Source: a virus (taxonomy: Duplodnaviria > Heunggongvirae > Uroviricota > Caudoviricetes). Taken from it: a DNA stretch of 64,000 nucleotides. The position numbers and the translations under genes were made by a program. Below the pieces are notes generated by a model, which was given only the letters and a program-made list of their open reading frames with translations, ran no database searches and was not told where the DNA came from. Every line of letters starts with the position of its first letter. The stretch's first letter is position 1. Where the stretch lies: IMG/VR virus record IMGVR_UViG_3300033405_000002, positions 1-64,000 of that record; one strand, 5' to 3'. Of this stretch, positions 28,250-39,835 are shown piece by piece.

Positions 28250-30682
28250 ATGGCAATACGGCAGTTAGTACCAATTGAAATCACACTGCTGGGAGACGGA
28301 AGCTCAACAACTTTCGTCTTCCCAGCACAGAACCTTTGGCAAAATGGCACAGGCGGGTCAAACCCTCCCGTCGCTAACGGCACGGTTCCGACTGCTGTCC
28401 AAGTCCCCAATCCACCCATCGCGATCACCAGCAGCACGGTAGACGCGGATGGGAACATTACCATCACATTCACGGCTGCCCCTACAAACGGCGTGCAGTA
28501 TACGATGGAAGTCGATCTGCTCTTCCCTTCAGGAGCGATCACATCAACATCAGCCACACCCGTGCCTCCCGTTAACATTTGGGCAAACGGCACAGCCCTT
28601 ACGCAGACGGGCGGTTCGCTCAACGTCAACATCACGGGCGGGTCTAGCGGCAACCCATCGGTTGGCACCACGGGCACCGCCGCACCGACTTCTGCCACGG
28701 AAATTGGTATCATCGTCAGCGGCAACTTGGTTGGTGTGTCATCTTCCAATCCGATGCCGATTGCTGGCATTAAAACCAACAATAACGCTGCACCGGGCGC
28801 TAATAATGATGGTGTTTTGCCCGCCATCGTTGCTCCATCCAACACCACGTATCCCACTTATGCGGCGGGCAATCAAGTTGCTCTTGTCACCGACTTGGCG
28901 GGCAACACGAACGTTGATCTGCAATACTGGGGTGGTAGCGATTTGGGCGCAGCAGCCAACTTCGGCACCACGCCGGGAGCAGTTATAGCGGGCAGTGTCA
29001 ACGCCTCACTCTTTGCTGGAACCACCGCCCTGTCTCAAACAGGCGGATCACTGAACGTAGATGTCACGAACACCGTTGTTGTTTCAGGCAGTTTGACGAA
29101 CAATAATGCCGCACCCGCCGCAATCAATGTAGGGGTTCTTGGCTCTGTTGCTTCCGCTACGCCACAGGTCGCGACCCAAGGAAACTTGGTCACTACCACC
29201 ACGGATTTACAGGGTAATCTACGAGTAGCTTTCAGCGGGAAAGACACAGATGCTTTAGGCACAGTCGTGGTTCAGACGAGAGACGCTCAGTGGCAGGTGA
29301 ACAATTCGCTCGGCCCAGATTCTACAAATATCACCCCCACCCTAACGGGTAGCGGCACAATTTCTTACACAGCATTTCCCGGTGCCGTTACGCTCTCGAC
29401 AACCGCCGTTGCCTCTTCGGGGGCGAACTTGTTGTCAACCACTACTCTTGATTATCAGATTGTGTTTGAGTGGTTCTGCTACTTCACTGTGGGCTTTCCA
29501 AGCGTTACGGGTGCCGTGGGTTCTCAGGTGGGTGCGGCAGGGTCTCACCAGCGTATCGGTCTCTACAACGGAGCACCAACTGATGGCTTCTTTGTTGGGT
29601 TTGAAGGCGGGTCTAGTTTCGGTATCACCCAGTTCCAAAATGGGGTGGGGCAAGGATCATTCTCCGCAAACTCCGCTGTTGGCATTCCGATAGCATCTTT
29701 CAACGGGGATAAATGTTCTGGCACGGCTGGTTCAGCCTTCACCAGTGGTGGTTCACCGATAGCAATCGACTTCACGAAGATGAACCTATTCCGTATTCGT
29801 GGAGCGTGGCTCGGAGTCGGCTTGGTGATGCTGGAAGTAGCGTGTCCTGACGGTAGTTGGGTGACCATGCACACGTTCAGGAATCCGAACAGCCTGACGC
29901 AACCCTACACAGCAACGAACAACTTCAACTGGCAAGTCGATTTGCAGAACACGACCAACGCCACAAACCTGCAAATGGTTATGGGTGGTGCGGCTTTTGG
30001 CACAGATGCTTCACTGGGTGAAACCCGTATCACAGACCCGCTAACCAACACAGCAATCGTCCCGACCGTCCGCTCAGCAGTTTGGGGGCAGTACAATTCA
30101 TCCGCCCCTACCGCCACGAGCGGGCAATATACCGCTTTGCAGACGGATGCGAATGCAAATTTGAGAGTCAGCCCCGCGTCTTACGTGGGTGCGGGTTATC
30201 CCATCAACATTGATGGATCAACCTCTTTTGCAAACCTGCTTGTCATCGACCGTCCCGCTGTAGATTTGCTCAATCAAGTCAGGGATGATCTGGATGTCCT
30301 GACGGATCAACTGTACGATGGCACGTTCGCCGTTCAGATTCAGGCTGGAACCAACCTGTTAGGCTCGACGTATGTGTCAGGATTGGCGGGAAACGCTCTC
30401 AATACAAGAGCGGTTCCGTCTCCAAACACTATCAGAACTGGTCAACAAGCTGTGACTACGACGGCTACGGCTCTCCCTTCCAACTACCTCACCAATGGCA
30501 TAACGGTAGAAGCGAAAAGCACCAATACCGCCGTCATTTATGTGGGGGGACCGGGAATCACCACGACGACGGGATTGGAATTACCAGCGGGTGCAGCGGT
30601 AACGCTTCAAGTGGCGAACTCGAACGCTATCTACGTCATAGCAGCAGCGACAGGGCAAACGGTGACGTGGCTGGCGTATTAA
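28250..30682 (+). CDS. paralogous fibre/adhesin-like protein
   Basis: N-terminal ~95 aa closely similar to 24992-28219. Confidence 0.65.
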   Translation: MAIRQLVPIEITLLGDGSSTTFVFPAQNLWQNGTGGSNPPVANGTVPTAVQVPNPPIAITSSTVDADGNITITFTAAPTNGVQYTMEVDLLFPSGAITSTSATPVPPVNIWANGTALTQTGGSLNVNITGGSSGNPSVGTTGTAAPTSATEIGIIVSGNLVGVSSSNPMPIAGIKTNNNAAPGANNDGVLPAIVAPSNTTYPTYAAGNQVALVTDLAGNTNVDLQYWGGSDLGAAANFGTTPGAVIAGSVNASLFAGTTALSQTGGSLNVDVTNTVVVSGSLTNNNAAPAAINVGVLGSVASATPQVATQGNLVTTTTDLQGNLRVAFSGKDTDALGTVVVQTRDAQWQVNNSLGPDSTNITPTLTGSGTISYTAFPGAVTLSTTAVASSGANLLSTTTLDYQIVFEWFCYFTVGFPSVTGAVGSQVGAAGSHQRIGLYNGAPTDGFFVGFEGGSSFGITQFQNGVGQGSFSANSAVGIPIASFNGDKCSGTAGSAFTSGGSPIAIDFTKMNLFRIRGAWLGVGLVMLEVACPDGSWVTMHTFRNPNSLTQPYTATNNFNWQVDLQNTTNATNLQMVMGGAAFGTDASLGETRITDPLTNTAIVPTVRSAVWGQYNSSAPTATSGQYTALQTDANANLRVSPASYVGAGYPINIDGSTSFANLLVIDRPAVDLLNQVRDDLDVLTDQLYDGTFAVQIQAGTNLLGSTYVSGLAGNALNTRAVPSPNTIRTGQQAVTTTATALPSNYLTNGITVEAKSTNTAVIYVGGPGITTTTGLELPAGAAVTLQVANSNAIYVIAAATGQTVTWLAY

Positions 30683-30719
30683 GAAATTGACTTTCAGTGA
30701 TTTATACAGGAGCTAAACA

Positions 30720-31382
30720 ATGGCACAACAACAGATAACAGGACAGGTAGGACAGACAGGTCCAATCACATCAGGCGCACCGGGCATTCCGATTCGCCAA
30801 GGCAACTACGGCGAAGTGGTCGTGACCGAACTGCATGGTCGTTACTACGAAAACTCCATCCGTGGCAACGTATTTTGCGCCTGCCAAACGGCGGCGGCGG
30901 CGGCAATCGCCTTAGCAGCGGGTGGTGCCACGCTTACGCTCTCAAACCCCAACAACTCCCAGAAGAACCTGATCCTTCAGGAAATCGTGCTGACGATTGA
31001 AGCTCAGACTGCCGCTACCCAGCAGGTGTCCTTCTACATCGGTGGAGCGGTGATGGGGGCGACTCAGACGTACACCACGAAGCTCAACCCCTACTCCAAC
31101 ATCGTTGTTGGAACGGCGGCGGCACCAACTGGAATCCCTGCCGTCAGCACCACTTTCAGCAATACGGCTGTGCCGTACCGCTACGTTTGCAGCATCTCTC
31201 AGGCTGCGACGGCAACGACGGGTGTCACCACCGTCTGCTCCGTGAAAGACGACATCGGTGGAGCGATCATCATCCCACCGGGTTCTTACATTGGAGTCTA
31301 CGGACTGTCGGGTGGAACTCTTGCCAACGCCTCTATCGCATCGTCGATAGTGTGGGCGGAATTCTCTTCGGTGATCCTGTAA
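30720..31382 (+). CDS. putative structural protein
   Basis: AGGAG RBS; VTELHGRYYE motif; Ala/Thr-rich. Confidence 0.6.
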   Translation: MAQQQITGQVGQTGPITSGAPGIPIRQGNYGEVVVTELHGRYYENSIRGNVFCACQTAAAAAIALAAGGATLTLSNPNNSQKNLILQEIVLTIEAQTAATQQVSFYIGGAVMGATQTYTTKLNPYSNIVVGTAAAPTGIPAVSTTFSNTAVPYRYVCSISQAATATTGVTTVCSVKDDIGGAIIIPPGSYIGVYGLSGGTLANASIASSIVWAEFSSVIL

Positions 31383-31396
31383 TCTGCGGGGATTGA

Positions 31397-33397
31397 ATGA
31401 AAAAGTTAGTTGCGATATTTGTTTTATTGCTGGCTTCTGTGCTTGGGCCGCTGGCAGCCCAAGCACAGTACAACCCGTCTACCGCGAACAAGTCCACGTT
31501 CACAAACACGGAAAGCAACGCACTCGATCCCTTTTACGCTGCTCTGCGACAATCCAACAACCAGATCGTCCGCATTGTCAGCTTTGCCGACTCGATCATC
31601 ACCTGCTATCAGGTCGCACCCTGCACCTATGGACCGTTCAATCCAGTGAACTCACCCATTCTCGCACTGAGAAATGAATTCCTGAAGCAGTATGTCCAGT
31701 ATTCAACTGGACTTCGTATCCCATTCAGGCTCATGCCTACGGCTACGGTGGACGGCGGCGAGGGTGGGTACACCTTGACGAGCGGCACCGTGAGCAATAG
31801 CACCGTCTTCGGCCCGCAGCAATCCGGCTATTCGCTCAACGGAGCAGCTACCCTAACCATCACATCTGGTGGTGTGCTGACCATAAACGTCGGTCAAGGA
31901 TTCAATCGTCTCAATATCTACTGCGTTGAAACTGCTTCCAGCACAGGATGGGCTGTCACCATCGGCGGCACTAGCGTAGGCACTGCCTGCGGATCAACCA
32001 ACCCAACCACGATTGGTGTAGTCCAGCAATTCTCTAATGCCGCTGTCACCACGGCGACCGCATCCTCTTGGTCTATTTCGGGCACGACGCTGACGGTCTC
32101 AACTGTTGCATCAGGAACGTTTGCAGTCGGCGGCGTTTTGTCGGGAACTTCTGTTACGAGCGGCACGACCATTACACAGCAGTTGACGGGAACTGCGGGC
32201 GGTGTGGGCACCTATCTTCTCTCCGCTTCGTCTACGGCGAGCAGCGGCACCCTGACTCAGACGGGTGGATTGGTCAATTCCGCCGTCACATTGACGGCTT
32301 CAGGCGCTTCTTCCTACCTTGGTGGATATGAAGCGATCACTACCACGGGTAACACAGGCGTGGTCGTGGATAACATGGGCGAAGGTGCTATTTCCTCAGC
32401 TTTCTGGACAGGCTCAACGGGTCTTGGATACTTTAACCTTCTGCAAGGTCAGGTTGCTCTCTGCATCTTGGAAGACGGTGAGAACGACGCACAGAACCCC
32501 ACAGTCATCACCCCAGCGGGTGTAATCACAAACCTTCAGGTCGTAGCGACTGCTTGTCAAAACGCGGGTGCATCCGTAATGCTTTTGGTGCCAACCCCCT
32601 ACAACTCATCTACAGCTAACCAGTACGCATGGATTCAACTTGCGGAGTGGCAGTACGCTCAAAACCCACCTTCGGGTCCGCCTTTGGACTTCCTCAACTT
32701 GGGAGATGCGTGGGTAGGAACAGGTGTGACAGGCACGTCGGGCACAGGAGGAAATCCAAACTACATCGTTCAGGATTCCGCTACCAACGTCGCTCAAGAC
32801 GTGGCGAACAACCTGTTGTGGACAGACAGCCAGCACCCAACGGATTACGGCTCTTGTCTGATTACGAAGCAAATCTTCCAACACCTTTCTGGCGGACGCA
32901 CAACGTATCCCTGCAACTGGTTCTCGCAGACGGCGGGTATTGCAGACGTTACCATGCTCACGGCGGCGTACACGAACGCCACAACTGGCTTTACGCCCAT
33001 CACTGAGACAGCGGCATCCGTACACCCTTGGCAGTTTCCAGTTGCTATTCAGCAACAGCTACGCATTGTCTGCGAAATTTCCTATTCGGTGTCAGCTACC
33101 ACGGATGGCATCATTCTTGAAGTAACTGGGCCGGGCACGCCAAATTTGATAACACAACAGTTCAATTGGTGGACTTCGGCGACTGCCTCCAATAGTTTGT
33201 CTTTGACAGGAACAGCCTACTCCACTCAGATTCCAACGACAGGAGTCGCCACTGCGACCGCAACAACCATCTTCACAGGTCATTATGTAGTGTCCGTTTA
33301 CAACGGCACCACGGCGGGCAACCTAGCGGTCAACGCAAAGGGAGTCGGAACGGGCACGTTGACCATCGAACCCGGTTCGTACTGCTACGTGCAATAA
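31397..33397 (+). CDS. signal-peptide-bearing SGNH/GDSL hydrolase with Ser/Thr-rich inserts
   Basis: MKK-hydrophobic-AQA signal; blocks FADS, NMGEGA, GEND, DSQHP. Confidence 0.7.
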   Translation: MKKLVAIFVLLLASVLGPLAAQAQYNPSTANKSTFTNTESNALDPFYAALRQSNNQIVRIVSFADSIITCYQVAPCTYGPFNPVNSPILALRNEFLKQYVQYSTGLRIPFRLMPTATVDGGEGGYTLTSGTVSNSTVFGPQQSGYSLNGAATLTITSGGVLTINVGQGFNRLNIYCVETASSTGWAVTIGGTSVGTACGSTNPTTIGVVQQFSNAAVTTATASSWSISGTTLTVSTVASGTFAVGGVLSGTSVTSGTTITQQLTGTAGGVGTYLLSASSTASSGTLTQTGGLVNSAVTLTASGASSYLGGYEAITTTGNTGVVVDNMGEGAISSAFWTGSTGLGYFNLLQGQVALCILEDGENDAQNPTVITPAGVITNLQVVATACQNAGASVMLLVPTPYNSSTANQYAWIQLAEWQYAQNPPSGPPLDFLNLGDAWVGTGVTGTSGTGGNPNYIVQDSATNVAQDVANNLLWTDSQHPTDYGSCLITKQIFQHLSGGRTTYPCNWFSQTAGIADVTMLTAAYTNATTGFTPITETAASVHPWQFPVAIQQQLRIVCEISYSVSATTDGIILEVTGPGTPNLITQQFNWWTSATASNSLSLTGTAYSTQIPTTGVATATATTIFTGHYVVSVYNGTTAGNLAVNAKGVGTGTLTIEPGSYCYVQ

Positions 33398-33409
33398 AAG
33401 GAGATTACA

Positions 33410-33646
33410 ATGAGTAAATTTTCAGACATCCTAGCGAGCATTGCTTCAGACGGTCACATCGTTTGTGGAATGTTGATCTTTTTCACAGGGGCGGGAATCC
33501 ATGTGTTTCATCACATTGACGCCACGTTCGTGACCTTCACGACTACGATCCTTGGGTTCCTTGGTGGGCATTTTTACACGCAAGCCAAGTACCCAGACCA
33601 GACCGACAGCACTACGCCGACTACACCAACTACTCCTCAGTCTTAA
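33410..33646 (+). CDS. two-TM holin-like protein
   Basis: 78 aa, two TM helices, last gene of the structural block, AGGAG RBS. Confidence 0.45.
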   Translation: MSKFSDILASIASDGHIVCGMLIFFTGAGIHVFHHIDATFVTFTTTILGFLGGHFYTQAKYPDQTDSTTPTTPTTPQS

Positions 33647-33945
33647 TCGTCGGCGCGACGGCGTCGAACTTCGCCGGGGAATTGAAATTTTGGTCGGTTC
33701 ACCAGTCCGAACCTGTAAGCAATCACCACGCGAAATTCTTCTAGCGTGAGTTTCCCTTTCAAACAGTTGCATTCGCGGCATGAGTCCACGATATTCCGTG
33801 GGGCACTGCTGCCATTCCTGCTTTTTGGTTGCATGTGATCGCGTGTTTTGGTCTTGCGGGTGAGTTGTTTGTCGCAGTAGAAGCAGCGGAAGATTCCAAT
33901 CTTCTTCATAGGTCTCTTACGACGGTTCCTGTAGTAATGTTTCAA
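33643..33945 (-). CDS. HNH endonuclease
   Basis: CFYC...TRDH..PKSRNG....N...CRECN..KG. Confidence 0.85.
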   Translation of the reverse strand: MKHYYRNRRKRPMKKIGIFRCFYCDKQLTRKTKTRDHMQPKSRNGSSAPRNIVDSCRECNCLKGKLTLEEFRVVIAYRFGLVNRPKFQFPGEVRRRRADD

Positions 33946-34386
33946 TGTTATTTAGCACAACGACAATTGCCGCTAGTGCTTCTCCAATGTGAGCGGGGCT
34001 TCCTTCGATTTCAAAGTCGGTGGGATTGAGTAGCTCGGGGTCTTTTTCAACGATGCGGCAGCGAACGCAATCTGAAGTGATGCGCTGCACGTAGATGTCA
34101 CACTCAGAAGTGACGATGTGGGTGGTGCGCTGACTCATCAGTTCCGCCTCCCATACCTCATACTGAGGGATGGGAAGACGGAAAAAATTTACATGCGGTG
34201 TAGAACGACGTCGTTGTAACCTTCGTGCGGGTCAAGTTCATGCAAACTCGGCCACTTAACGCCATTTGACGCACGATGCTGCTTCACACGCGGGTCGGAG
34301 TGCTGAACGTGATCCTTGTCCAGTTCGCACACGTCGCCTGATCTCGGATGCTTCTCTGTGCAATTAACAAATCCTTCAGTTGCCAT
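33917..34386 (-). other. small hypothetical genes (33917-34138, 34189-34386)
   Basis: RBS-preceded small ORFs. Confidence 0.55.
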
Positions 34387-34873
34387 GTGTTTTCTCCCTT
34401 CTACAAGATTTTGGTTTTACTGCTCGCTCGTGCATCAACAATGCTCGTTTGTACTGCACGCCGCTTCTGTAGCCGCCCAAACCACCGTCAGATGCAACCA
34501 CGCGATGACACGGAATGACAATCAAAAATGGATTCGCGCCGCAGGCGGTGCCAATCGCCCGAAATGCTTTCGGACGCCCGATCTGTGCCGCGATTTCCCT
34601 ATACGTTCGAGTCTCACCGTAGGGGATTGTTAAGATCGCGTTCCAAACATCTAACTGGAACGGGGTGCCAACCATGTACGCAATCGGAAATTCAAACTCC
34701 CGGCGTTCACCCGCAAAATATTCTTCAAGCTCTTTCTCGTAGAGCGCTGTGCGAGGGTGACTCCCAAGGTTTGTGACATCCGTTTTCGAGACGGACACCA
34801 AGCCGGAATCTTCAGCGGTTACAAGCAGGTTTCCTATCGGCGATGGGATGACGGCACTATAAAAACCGACCAT
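34376..34873 (-). CDS. ogt: methylated-DNA-protein-cysteine methyltransferase
   Basis: SPIG, GTPFQ..VW, IPYGET, RAIGTACGANP, IPCHRV. Confidence 0.95.
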   Translation of the reverse strand: MVGFYSAVIPSPIGNLLVTAEDSGLVSVSKTDVTNLGSHPRTALYEKELEEYFAGERREFEFPIAYMVGTPFQLDVWNAILTIPYGETRTYREIAAQIGRPKAFRAIGTACGANPFLIVIPCHRVVASDGGLGGYRSGVQYKRALLMHERAVKPKSCRREKTHGN

Positions 34874-34900
34874 ACCTCTATAATACTGTAGGAATTGGTT

Positions 34901-37547
34901 TTAGCGCAAGTTATTTGCGAAGACGTAGCACTTAACGTGCTCTCCGGTGGTCATGGCTGACCAAACATCTTCCCAAGTCACGAAGGTGAGCACAGCGCTG
35001 CCGTTGCGAAACAACGACCAGCCCGTCTTCTTGCTCCAGCCGTAGTTGCGGTCAAAATGGACGGCGAAGTTGTCAAACACCAGTCGAATTCGATCATCAC
35101 GAAAATCAATCATGTTAGACAGGTCTCACAGAGCGAACAATAAGTGTCATACTCGCGGCCCATGATGCTGCGCTGATACGTCTGCGTGTGCGGGCAGTTG
35201 TGCATACACCAATTGCGGCGCTTCTTGCCAAGATATTCGAGCGCGAGCTTGGCGTTGTCCACAACCTCACGCTGCTTGGCGATCTCAGCATCCATCTCGC
35301 CGATCTTTTCCAGAATCTCCGCGTTTGTCAACGTCTGCTTCACAGTTTAAGCCCGACCGGAAATTTGCTTCTGAGGAACTCCCTGAACTCATCCACGATC
35401 TTGTGCTCGTGCCCGTCCAGCAGCGCGTTGCCTTCGATTGGGATTTCAATTTTCCCCTTGGCAACAACTGCGCCACAGTTGTCTTCCAGTTCAGCCATGA
35501 TTACGATTTTCTGCGCCTTGCGTTCTTTCATTAGTCCCTCGCCACTGGTGCGGTGATTGTGATTGTTCTGATGTCCATTATACCAAATCCTTCTTCGGCG
35601 AGTGACATCATGCCGTTGATCTCCGCAGGCGTCAACTGGCTCGTGACTCCCATGTAGTGAAGGATGCCCTTCTCTTCGTCGGACAACGGCTTGTTTGCGT
35701 CGAGAAATTCATTGGCCCAATCAGCCAAAACTTTGTCAGAATCTTCGTCTGTCTCCGCTTCGATTTCTACGTGCCCGTCCTTGTCGGCGTGCGCTCGAAG
35801 AGCCATGTAAACGCAAAACATGGCAATTGCATTGGATGCTGGGGTTTCTTGATCCGGGGGCAGACCTGCCATTACGACACCTTCTTGACCTTGAACGAAG
35901 AGAGATTTTCTGGTTTGATGACGCGGGCGAGAGTAACCTTCGCTTGCTCGATAGCGTCTTCAACGTCTGTTGCGGAGCGGATTGTTACGTCCACACTCGC
36001 TGGGCTGGGTGCATCACTTACTTCAACAAAGTGGACAAAATACATCTCTGCCATTAGTTCCTCGCCATCTCTGACATCGGGTGCCGGAGAGAATCTGGAA
36101 TAACCAGTGCGCGGTTCTGCGGCACTGGTGGGTCTTTAGCTTCCGGCTCATCCTGATCCACATCCTGATCTGGGGCCGAAGGGACTTGCACGATTGTAGG
36201 CGGTGGAACATTCACCGTCTCGTTAACGATGATCGTAGGCGGCTCTTGCGGAGCGCAGGGCTGCACCTGCACCGTAGGTGCTGGGACATGGCTCTGAACG
36301 TACATCCACCCCACAGCGCAAACGAGTATCGTAATCAGCACAGCACTGACAACGAACTCGTCCATCTCGATAGTAATCCCGTCTCGCATTAGTCTCCACT
36401 TGCCCCTGCCGCGTATGGACCCGCTGTGGACGGCTCCACCGCCAAAGCTAGGTCGCGCAACTGCGTGCTATCCACAACGATCTTGTGCTTCTTGAGCACT
36501 TCCAGCAACTTCTGCTCCAAGAATTGTACCATCTCCTCGCGTGGTTGATACGCTGGCGGCGCGAACGTCGCGTGATACGTCTCTCTGCGGATAGGGTCGC
36601 ACACGTGATCGCTGGTGCGAACAGATTTTTCGCCGCACGAAGTACAGTCCGCGAAAAGGTGCGGGCGATATTTTCGTTCTACGCGCTCTCGCTCATCGCC
36701 GTTCATTGAATCTTCTCAGGATGGATTTCGAGCTTTTTGCTCAAATCGCCGCCCGTCACTTTGATGCCATGCTCAGCAAAAACCTGCCGAACAGTCTCAA
36801 AGTCCACATCTTCTCCCCACGACAACCCGACCGTCTGGTATACCCTTCCGTCAATCACCGAACGATCATCAACCGATTGGACATTGTAAAAAACGTACTT
36901 GCTTCCATACTCGGTTGGTACGCCGTAGCAGCCGCAACTCTGGCAGCAGGGAATATCCACCTTCCGGTGGTAAGTGAAGATGCCGTGATGCTGCATCAAG
37001 CGCTTCAGGACGTGATTGATTTCCCGAACCGTCACCAAGTTGTTTATCACGCTCTCCCGATCTTGCATTACTCTCTCCGCTGATTCTTCGGTGCTTCAGG
37101 ACGCGTGTCAACACGCACATCAACTTCATCTGCGTGCGCGGACAACACTTCAATGTCAATGTGGGAGTTGAACGGTGCCGCCCACCAGCCGCCGCCTGTT
37201 GCTGCCAAATCCTTGTGGAAGTATTGGAAGGTCTCTCTGATCTCGTGCTCTTCCGCCTTCAGCACGGCTAAGAAAGCCGTTTGGATGATCTCGGACTTGA
37301 CCATGTGCTTCGAGAGCGGCCACCAGCGGGATTGCTGAAGCGCAGCTTCCCCGGTGAGTGCATCTGGGGCCCACCACTCGATACGCAAGCGAAGGTCAAC
37401 ATCCCAGCTTCCCTGCACGAAGACATCACGCTTGGAAACGACGAACTTCCAATCCTTGTACTTGACTTCCGTGTCAAGCATCGTCTGAATCTCGTCGGAT
37501 GTCCAGAGACGCTGTTCAATTTTGGGCTGGGACGCCGATGATTCCAT
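34901..37547 (-). other. run of small hypothetical genes (34901-35113, 35110-35343, 35340-35531, 35531-35872, 35872-36054, 36054-36389, 36389-36706, 36703-37068, 37068-37547)
   Basis: Continuous chain of overlapping start/stop codons; 36054-36389 has a TM helix and is Pro-rich; 36703-37068 has CCQSCG. Confidence 0.65.
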
Positions 37548-38250
37548 TCAACACACTCCAGTCTACTGTCGATGGTAGCACATTTTCGAGCTTTGGTGGA
37601 ACAGGATATTCTCCCGTCACAACGATGTGAAAGCATGGCTGCTTAAGCTCCTCTTCCACGATCACCATCTTTAGCTTGGATAGATACAAGAGTTTCTGCT
37701 GAATGAATCTGACCTGCTCCCGCGTTAGCCCCCGGCGCTGCAAGTCTACAGCAACCCCGGCAAGGTGAGCCGATGCCGTCTCGCCGTGAACAGGCGCGGC
37801 ATTATGGTTCCAACGGCGCAACCAGCTTTGCGTTTTCTCAGTGCGAACGGCCGAATTGACCTGAATTGGGGAACCAAACTCGGTGAAATAATCGCGCCCC
37901 AACTCTTGTAAAAACTGGTCAACTTCTGGTCGGCAGAAGCGGCGCTTCTTCTCTAACCTCGAACTTACCGAGACGTACTGATTCACCGTGATTGGTACGA
38001 GCGTTTCTTCGCTGACCAAGGACTTCAGCACTTTGTCGTCCTTGATGCGCGGCAGCCCTTGCGCGTCGATGGCGGCGTTCTGTGACAGAAGATTCTCATG
38101 CGACGGAACGAACACGCGATACTCGAACCATGTTGGTTTCCGCGTTTTCTTGTGGCGCTTGTGCGAAACCGGGCGGACGTGCTGCAACCCAAACGCCGGA
38201 GCGACCGACACGAGCAGCATGGCGACTACGAGTTTTCGAATCACACTCAT
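37516..38250 (-). CDS. secreted DUF5715-like Hedgehog/DD-peptidase-fold zinc peptidase
   Basis: Signal peptide; NSAVRT, SAHLAGVAVD, EE..QPCFHI. Confidence 0.7.
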   Translation of the reverse strand: MSVIRKLVVAMLLVSVAPAFGLQHVRPVSHKRHKKTRKPTWFEYRVFVPSHENLLSQNAAIDAQGLPRIKDDKVLKSLVSEETLVPITVNQYVSVSSRLEKKRRFCRPEVDQFLQELGRDYFTEFGSPIQVNSAVRTEKTQSWLRRWNHNAAPVHGETASAHLAGVAVDLQRRGLTREQVRFIQQKLLYLSKLKMVIVEEELKQPCFHIVVTGEYPVPPKLENVLPSTVDWSVLNGIIGVPAQN

Positions 38251-38480
38251 TTGAGATTGTGCGCGAGCACGAATTGAGTCACTTCTTTGGGTGACAGGCG
38301 GCTGTCTACGGTGCCGTCATTCTCCCCGATGCGGCTGCCTGACGGACGCCCGCTCACTTCGGAAATCGGGAACCGATACCACTTGCGGCTGGGGGTGATA
38401 ATCCCGACAAAATGGACGCCCACAAGATAAGTGTACTTCAGCGGTGGTTTGCCTTCTCTTCCAAACTCGATATGGTACAT
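38247..38480 (-). CDS. hypothetical protein
   Basis: RBS and ATGA overlap. Confidence 0.6.
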   Translation of the reverse strand: MYHIEFGREGKPPLKYTYLVGVHFVGIITPSRKWYRFPISEVSGRPSGSRIGENDGTVDSRLSPKEVTQFVLAHNLK

Positions 38481-38546
38481 GGTATGCCCTCTCTTTCTTA
38501 GATACCGTCTGACGCGAAAACGCCGCTTTTCTATTTTTCACAGCTC

Positions 38547-38615
38547 CAAGTCATTGAAAACAAGCATAATGTAGCCCTGTAAAAGTGGACAAAAAGACCG
38601 CCCGTTCCGTATACT
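38547..38615 (+). promoter_or_regulatory. class A promoter (TGGACA-N18-TATACT) with upstream IHF-like site
   Basis: CCGTATACTAG; CAAGTCATTGAAA. Confidence 0.7.
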
Positions 38616-38633
38616 AGGACTGGAGGGAACGAT

Positions 38634-39524
38634 ATGGCGCAGGGACGCATGTATGATCCGAGAGAAATTCTGGCTTTCATGACCGCTGGCAAGGCTACCA
38701 TCACTCTCCAAAACGCGGCGTCCGGCAACCGCTACACCTACAAGATCAAGTTCGCGGCGAAGCGGAACGAAAACGATCCCGACACTTGGTTTGTCCAACT
38801 CCTGAACGGCCCAGACAATACCGCCAGCTTTTGCTACTTCGGCATTCTGCGCCACGTGAACAACAAACTGACCTACATCTGGACGAGCAAGGCGCGAATC
38901 AGTGAAGAATCGCCATCCGTCAAAGCGTTCAAGTTTGCTCTGAACTTGTTCGTCAATGACTGCGAGTTCCCGCCTTCGTTTGAAGTATACCACGAAGGTC
39001 GCTGCGGACGCTGCGGACGCAAACTGACGGTGCCTGAGTCCATCACCTCTGGCTTCGGGCCGGAGTGCATCAACCTTGTGTCCTTCGGCGCGGTGAGTTC
39101 GATGCAAGCGCCTATCGCGGCTGCGGTTGCGGTTGGCGGCACGGCTGTCCCACAGCAGCAAAAGTTCAACTACACGGCTCCGGCGAAAAGTGAGCCTGTA
39201 GCTGCGGTGCGGGGACGTGTTGCCGATGCCGTAGCGCACTTGGCGAGTATGCCGCCGCGCAAGTCCAACCGTGCGGCTGTGGCGGCTAACGGACGTTCTT
39301 CTTCCCCGACGCCTGTTGGCGCGGCTACCGCCGATGGCGGCAGCTTCCTTGACAATCCGGTGGTTGCACGTGTGGATAACATGGACGCGGAGATTCGCCG
39401 CCGCATCGCGGAGTACAAAGCCGAAGCGCCGGAGAACTATTATCAGGACGGCATGTTGCAGGAGAAAGAAGCGTTCAACGTGGCGTACAACATGTTTCGA
39501 GTTCAGCTTCAAGGGGGCAAGTAA
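38634..39524 (+). CDS. DUF6011-like zinc-finger-containing protein
   Basis: GRCGRCGRKLTVPESITSGFGPEC; GGAGG RBS. Confidence 0.75.
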   Translation: MAQGRMYDPREILAFMTAGKATITLQNAASGNRYTYKIKFAAKRNENDPDTWFVQLLNGPDNTASFCYFGILRHVNNKLTYIWTSKARISEESPSVKAFKFALNLFVNDCEFPPSFEVYHEGRCGRCGRKLTVPESITSGFGPECINLVSFGAVSSMQAPIAAAVAVGGTAVPQQQKFNYTAPAKSEPVAAVRGRVADAVAHLASMPPRKSNRAAVAANGRSSSPTPVGAATADGGSFLDNPVVARVDNMDAEIRRRIAEYKAEAPENYYQDGMLQEKEAFNVAYNMFRVQLQGGK

Positions 39525-39835
39525 TGCGAGACGGCAAGTTCATTGACCAAGTTTGTAATTTGTTCGATGTCAACGTGCTGCACGACATCGAAATCGTCAC
39601 GAAGTATGACGAGTTTAACAGCGGTGAACCGATGGTTGAGCGCGTCCGTGGGACTGTGGCGCTCGGTCTGCGTGCGGAGCACAGCGCCGGGGAAGTCGGC
39701 TTCGTCATGACGAACTGGTTCAACTCGGAAGATGAACTAGACGAGTTCTGCGAAGCGAACATCAGCCGTTTCCAGATCGCCGCCGCCGAATGTGAGAACG
39801 GTGCTCCGGTGCCAGACGCTACCGTTTGGAGTTAA
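39524..39835 (+). CDS. acidic hypothetical protein
   Basis: TAATG overlap. Confidence 0.65.
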   Translation: MRDGKFIDQVCNLFDVNVLHDIEIVTKYDEFNSGEPMVERVRGTVALGLRAEHSAGEVGFVMTNWFNSEDELDEFCEANISRFQIAAAECENGAPVPDATVWS

